Shown here: piece by piece, positions 61,419 to 64,000 of the stretch | Layout: each line of letters begins with the position of its first letter | Numbering within the stretch: the first letter of the stretch is position 1 | Assembly: GCA_963734495.1 (NCBI GenBank) | Contig: CAVTHK010000007.1 | Location: forward strand, 288,001-352,000 | DNA from: an uncultured Spirochaetota bacterium | GTDB taxonomy: Bacteria > Spirochaetota > Spirochaetia > SZUA-6 > CAVTHK01 | Direction: 5' to 3' | Length of the DNA: 64,000 bases | Notes under the pieces: model-generated | Databases searched by the model: none | Told to the model about the DNA's origin: nothing | What the model saw: the letters and a program-made list of their open reading frames with translations, nothing else | Translations under genes and position numbers: made by a program

Positions 61419-62248
61419 CTGGAGATCTCCTTGGCTTTTCGTTTGCGCGCCTTTCCCGCGTCGGAATCCATGACGGCGTAGACGAGGCGAGGCGCTATTC
61501 TGTGGACGAAATCGGTGAGCCGGCTCATGAAACCGCAGAACACGAAGGTGCGGTTCCCGCGCAGGCCGCGGATCAGGGAGCGGGCGACCTGCTCCGGGCT
61601 GTAGGTCCCCGCCGTCCCCTCGACCGCGTGCGTTTCGGCGGGCTTGTTGACGTTCTCCCGGTCGAGCCCGGGCGTGGCCGTGTTCGGCGGGCAGAGCACC
61701 ACCACGCGGATCTTCCACGGGGCGAGCTCGTTGCGGAGGGCCTCCGAAAATCCCACCACGCCGAACTTGGTGGCGCAGTACGCGGTCGCGCCGAAGTAGC
61801 CGACGAGGCCGCCGACGGACGCCACGTTCACGATCGTGCCGCCGCCCCGGGCTTTCATGTGCGGGAGGACAGCGCGGACGGTGTGGAAGCAGCCGAAAAG
61901 GTTGGTCGCGGTCATGTCGCGCAGGTGGGCTTCGGTCACGTTCTCGAAATAGTCGATATAGGCGAAACCCGCGTTGTTGACGAGCAGGTCGGGAGCCCCG
62001 ACGTCCCGGACGAGGCCGTCGAGGACGCGGCTCACCGCGGCGGGGTCGGCCACGTCGCAGGCGGCCCCCACGACCCGCTGCCCCTCGGAGAGCCGCAGGG
62101 ACTGCAGGTGCGCCGCCGCGGCATCGAGCCGCGAGCGGTCGCGCGCGATGATTGCCACGCTGGCGCCCGTCCGGACGAGCTCGGTAGCGACCGCGAAGCC
62201 GATGCCGCTCGACCCGCCGGTCACATAGCAAGTCTTGAACTCTCTCAA
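61415..62248 (-). CDS. SDR oxidoreductase, 3-ketodihydrosphingosine reductase (KDSR/Tsc10)-like
   Basis: TGGSSGIG, YCATK, and PPNTATPGLDRENVNKPAET...SPEQVA segment. Confidence 0.72.
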   Translation of the reverse strand: MREFKTCYVTGGSSGIGFAVATELVRTGASVAIIARDRSRLDAAAAHLQSLRLSEGQRVVGAACDVADPAAVSRVLDGLVRDVGAPDLLVNNAGFAYIDYFENVTEAHLRDMTATNLFGCFHTVRAVLPHMKARGGGTIVNVASVGGLVGYFGATAYCATKFGVVGFSEALRNELAPWKIRVVVLCPPNTATPGLDRENVNKPAETHAVEGTAGTYSPEQVARSLIRGLRGNRTFVFCGFMSRLTDFVHRIAPRLVYAVMDSDAGKARKRKAKEISR

Positions 62249-62297
62249 TTATCCCCGCCTGCGTAGCCGTCCGGGCGCGACCCGGCGAAGTCCGTGA

Positions 62298-62326
62298 AGC
62301 GTACAATCTATGCCCCACGCTGTCAA
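62298..62326 (-). promoter_or_regulatory. possible sigma70 promoter of SDR-spt-ompA unit
   Basis: TTGACA-N17-TACGCT on the minus strand about 50 nt upstream of the SDR start. Confidence 0.55.
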
Positions 62327-62451
62327 GTTTTGGGCAGCGGCGTGGCAGCCGCGTGGGCAGCCGCGTTTCGAGGCGCCGGGCGCCCCCCGCCGTGTCGCCG
62401 GCGCGAACAGTCGCTTGCAGTCCCCGAGGCGTTTCGGTACCTTCTTCTCGT

Positions 62452-63948
62452 ATGGCCCGCAAGGTCTACCAGTTCAACATGGGCCACGTTCGCACGCGGC
62501 TTGTCGACACGCTCAAGAGCCGGCGCGAGGGTGCCACCATCGCCGACCTCGTCGCGGCCACCGGCCTCCCCGCGGTGCAGGTGCAGCAGGGCATCCGCGA
62601 GGTCGCGGACGAATACGACGGGCACCTGCGCGTCACCGAATCGGGCGAGGTCCTCTACCACTTCCCCAACGGGATGCGCAGCCGCAAGCGCGGCGCGGCC
62701 GCCGTCGCCAGGCGCGTTGTGGGACGGGCGGCGAAAGCGACCGGCCGGGTCCTCAAGTGGCTCTTCAAGGCCTGGATCACGGTCATGCTCGTCGGCTACT
62801 TCGCCCTGTTCGTCGCGATCGTCGTTCTCGCGGCCCTCGCGTCGATGGCCATGTCGGCGGCGAGCCGCAGCGACGGCCGCAGGGACGGCGGAGGGGGCGG
62901 CTTCTTTTCCTTCTACCTCGCCGCCAGGATGTTCGAGCTGTTCCTCTGGCTCTGGTTCGCGCGCGGCCCGCGCGCGACGCGCTCGCGGGGCAGGCCTCTG
63001 CGCCAGTCCGTCTTTGCGTACGTGTTCGGGGAGCCGGACCCGAACGCGCGTTGGGAGGAGACCGAGCGCCGAGCGATCGTGCACTTCCTGCGCTCGAACA
63101 AGGGGCTGATCACCGCGGAGGAGCTGATGGCGCTCACAGGTGCATCGCCCGAAGAGGCTCAAGCGAAGATCAACCGTCTCCTCCTCGAGCTCGAGGGCGA
63201 GCCGGAAGTCACGGACGAGGGGACGATCGTCTTCAGGTTCGAAAACCTCCTCCGCAGCCGCGCCGAAGAGCTGCGCGCCGAGAGCCGCGAGCGGCTGCCG
63301 CACAAGCGCCTCGTCCCGTTCAACCGGAACGAGCGCTCGCGAAACGGCTGGATCACCGTCTTCAATCTGGCGAACGCCGGCTTCGGCACCTATTTCGCCG
63401 CGCTGGCGGCGGCCAAACCGACGGAGGTCTTCACGACGCTCGCGAACGGGACGCGGCTGACGCAGATCGACGGCGCATACCTGTACCACTTCGTGATCAG
63501 AGCGGCGACGGCGCTCGGCGCCCTGAAGCCCGAGTCCCTCATATACGTCGCGCTCGGCGTCGTGCCGCTGACGTTCTCCGCGTTCTTCTTCCTGGTGCCC
63601 TTCGTCAGGCGCCTGCGCGAACGGGCCGCCAACGAGGCGACGCGCCGCGAGAACCTGCGCAGGCTCGTCTACGCCCGCGTGCTCGCCGACCCGACGCTCG
63701 TCGACCCCCGCGACATCCGGCCGACCGCCCCCGAGGAAACCACGCGCAACGCGCAGGCCGATGTCGAGCGCCTGCTCAAGGAGCTCGCCGCGACCCGCGG
63801 CGGGGAGCCCGTACAGGCGGCCGACGGCGCGTGGGTCTGGCGTTTCCCGGAGCTCGAGCGCGAGCGACAGGACGTCGAGCGCACGAGGATCGCCACCAGC
63901 ACAGCGCAGTACGACGTCGGCGGGACGGTGTTCGACTCGGACAGTTAG
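62452..63948 (+). CDS. hypothetical membrane protein with wHTH-like repeats
   Basis: ATG at 62452; ATIADLVAATGL...GHLRVTESGEVLYHFP, a second copy GEPEVTDEGTIVFRF, several TM segments. Confidence 0.8.
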   Translation: MARKVYQFNMGHVRTRLVDTLKSRREGATIADLVAATGLPAVQVQQGIREVADEYDGHLRVTESGEVLYHFPNGMRSRKRGAAAVARRVVGRAAKATGRVLKWLFKAWITVMLVGYFALFVAIVVLAALASMAMSAASRSDGRRDGGGGGFFSFYLAARMFELFLWLWFARGPRATRSRGRPLRQSVFAYVFGEPDPNARWEETERRAIVHFLRSNKGLITAEELMALTGASPEEAQAKINRLLLELEGEPEVTDEGTIVFRFENLLRSRAEELRAESRERLPHKRLVPFNRNERSRNGWITVFNLANAGFGTYFAALAAAKPTEVFTTLANGTRLTQIDGAYLYHFVIRAATALGALKPESLIYVALGVVPLTFSAFFFLVPFVRRLRERAANEATRRENLRRLVYARVLADPTLVDPRDIRPTAPEETTRNAQADVERLLKELAATRGGEPVQAADGAWVWRFPELERERQDVERTRIATSTAQYDVGGTVFDSDS

Positions 63949-64000
63949 CAGTCACCGGCAGCCGCAGTCAGCCCTCGCGGCGGCGCCTGGACGCCCGCCG

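Noticed and set aside
155-62462. Many long overlapping ORFs in the track (e.g. 155..1525, 19441..21972, 31832..33733, 43023..45194, 51023..53908)
   Set aside because: They are antisense or off-frame shadows of recognisable genes, expected at very high GC where stop codons are rare, and have no family motifs.
1-64000. rRNA, tRNA, transposase, integrase or prophage genes
   Set aside because: No such sequences or motifs recognised; intergenic spaces are short and mostly accounted for.

Overview
A very GC-rich spirochaete (Spirochaetota) chromosomal segment, judged from two FlaA sheath genes, two FlaB core flagellins and an E-C-A-B-D-I type V/A-ATPase operon. Most of it is core genome: the ATPase operon, argH, a long Lhr helicase, M23 and M16 peptidases, flaA pair, infC-rpmI-rplT-zapB-zapA, flaB-flaB-flaG-fliD-PilZ-tsaE-tsaB-HD-GYP, flgN-flgK-flgL-fliW-csrA, and pfk-metK-radical SAM. 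The right-hand block is metabolic: RraA, GntR, LarA-like, fused CcsBA, carbamate kinase, VOC, SDR, Zn-dehydrogenase. The most notable item is a translationally coupled three-gene unit at 58825-62248: an SDR with a 3-ketodihydrosphingosine reductase (KDSR/Tsc10)-like motif, a serine palmitoyltransferase-like PLP enzyme and an OmpA-domain protein. This points to a candidate sphinganine (sphingolipid) pathway in a spirochaete. Also notable are a HEAT-like class III adenylyl cyclase near a cNMP-binding histidine kinase, and long structured flagellin leaders with CsrA-type sites. Many genes between about 6 and 28 kb are frameshifted while 28.5-64 kb looks clean, which suggests sequencing or assembly indels. 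I saw no rRNA, tRNA, CRISPR array or mobile element. All family calls come from reading motifs; no database search was run.
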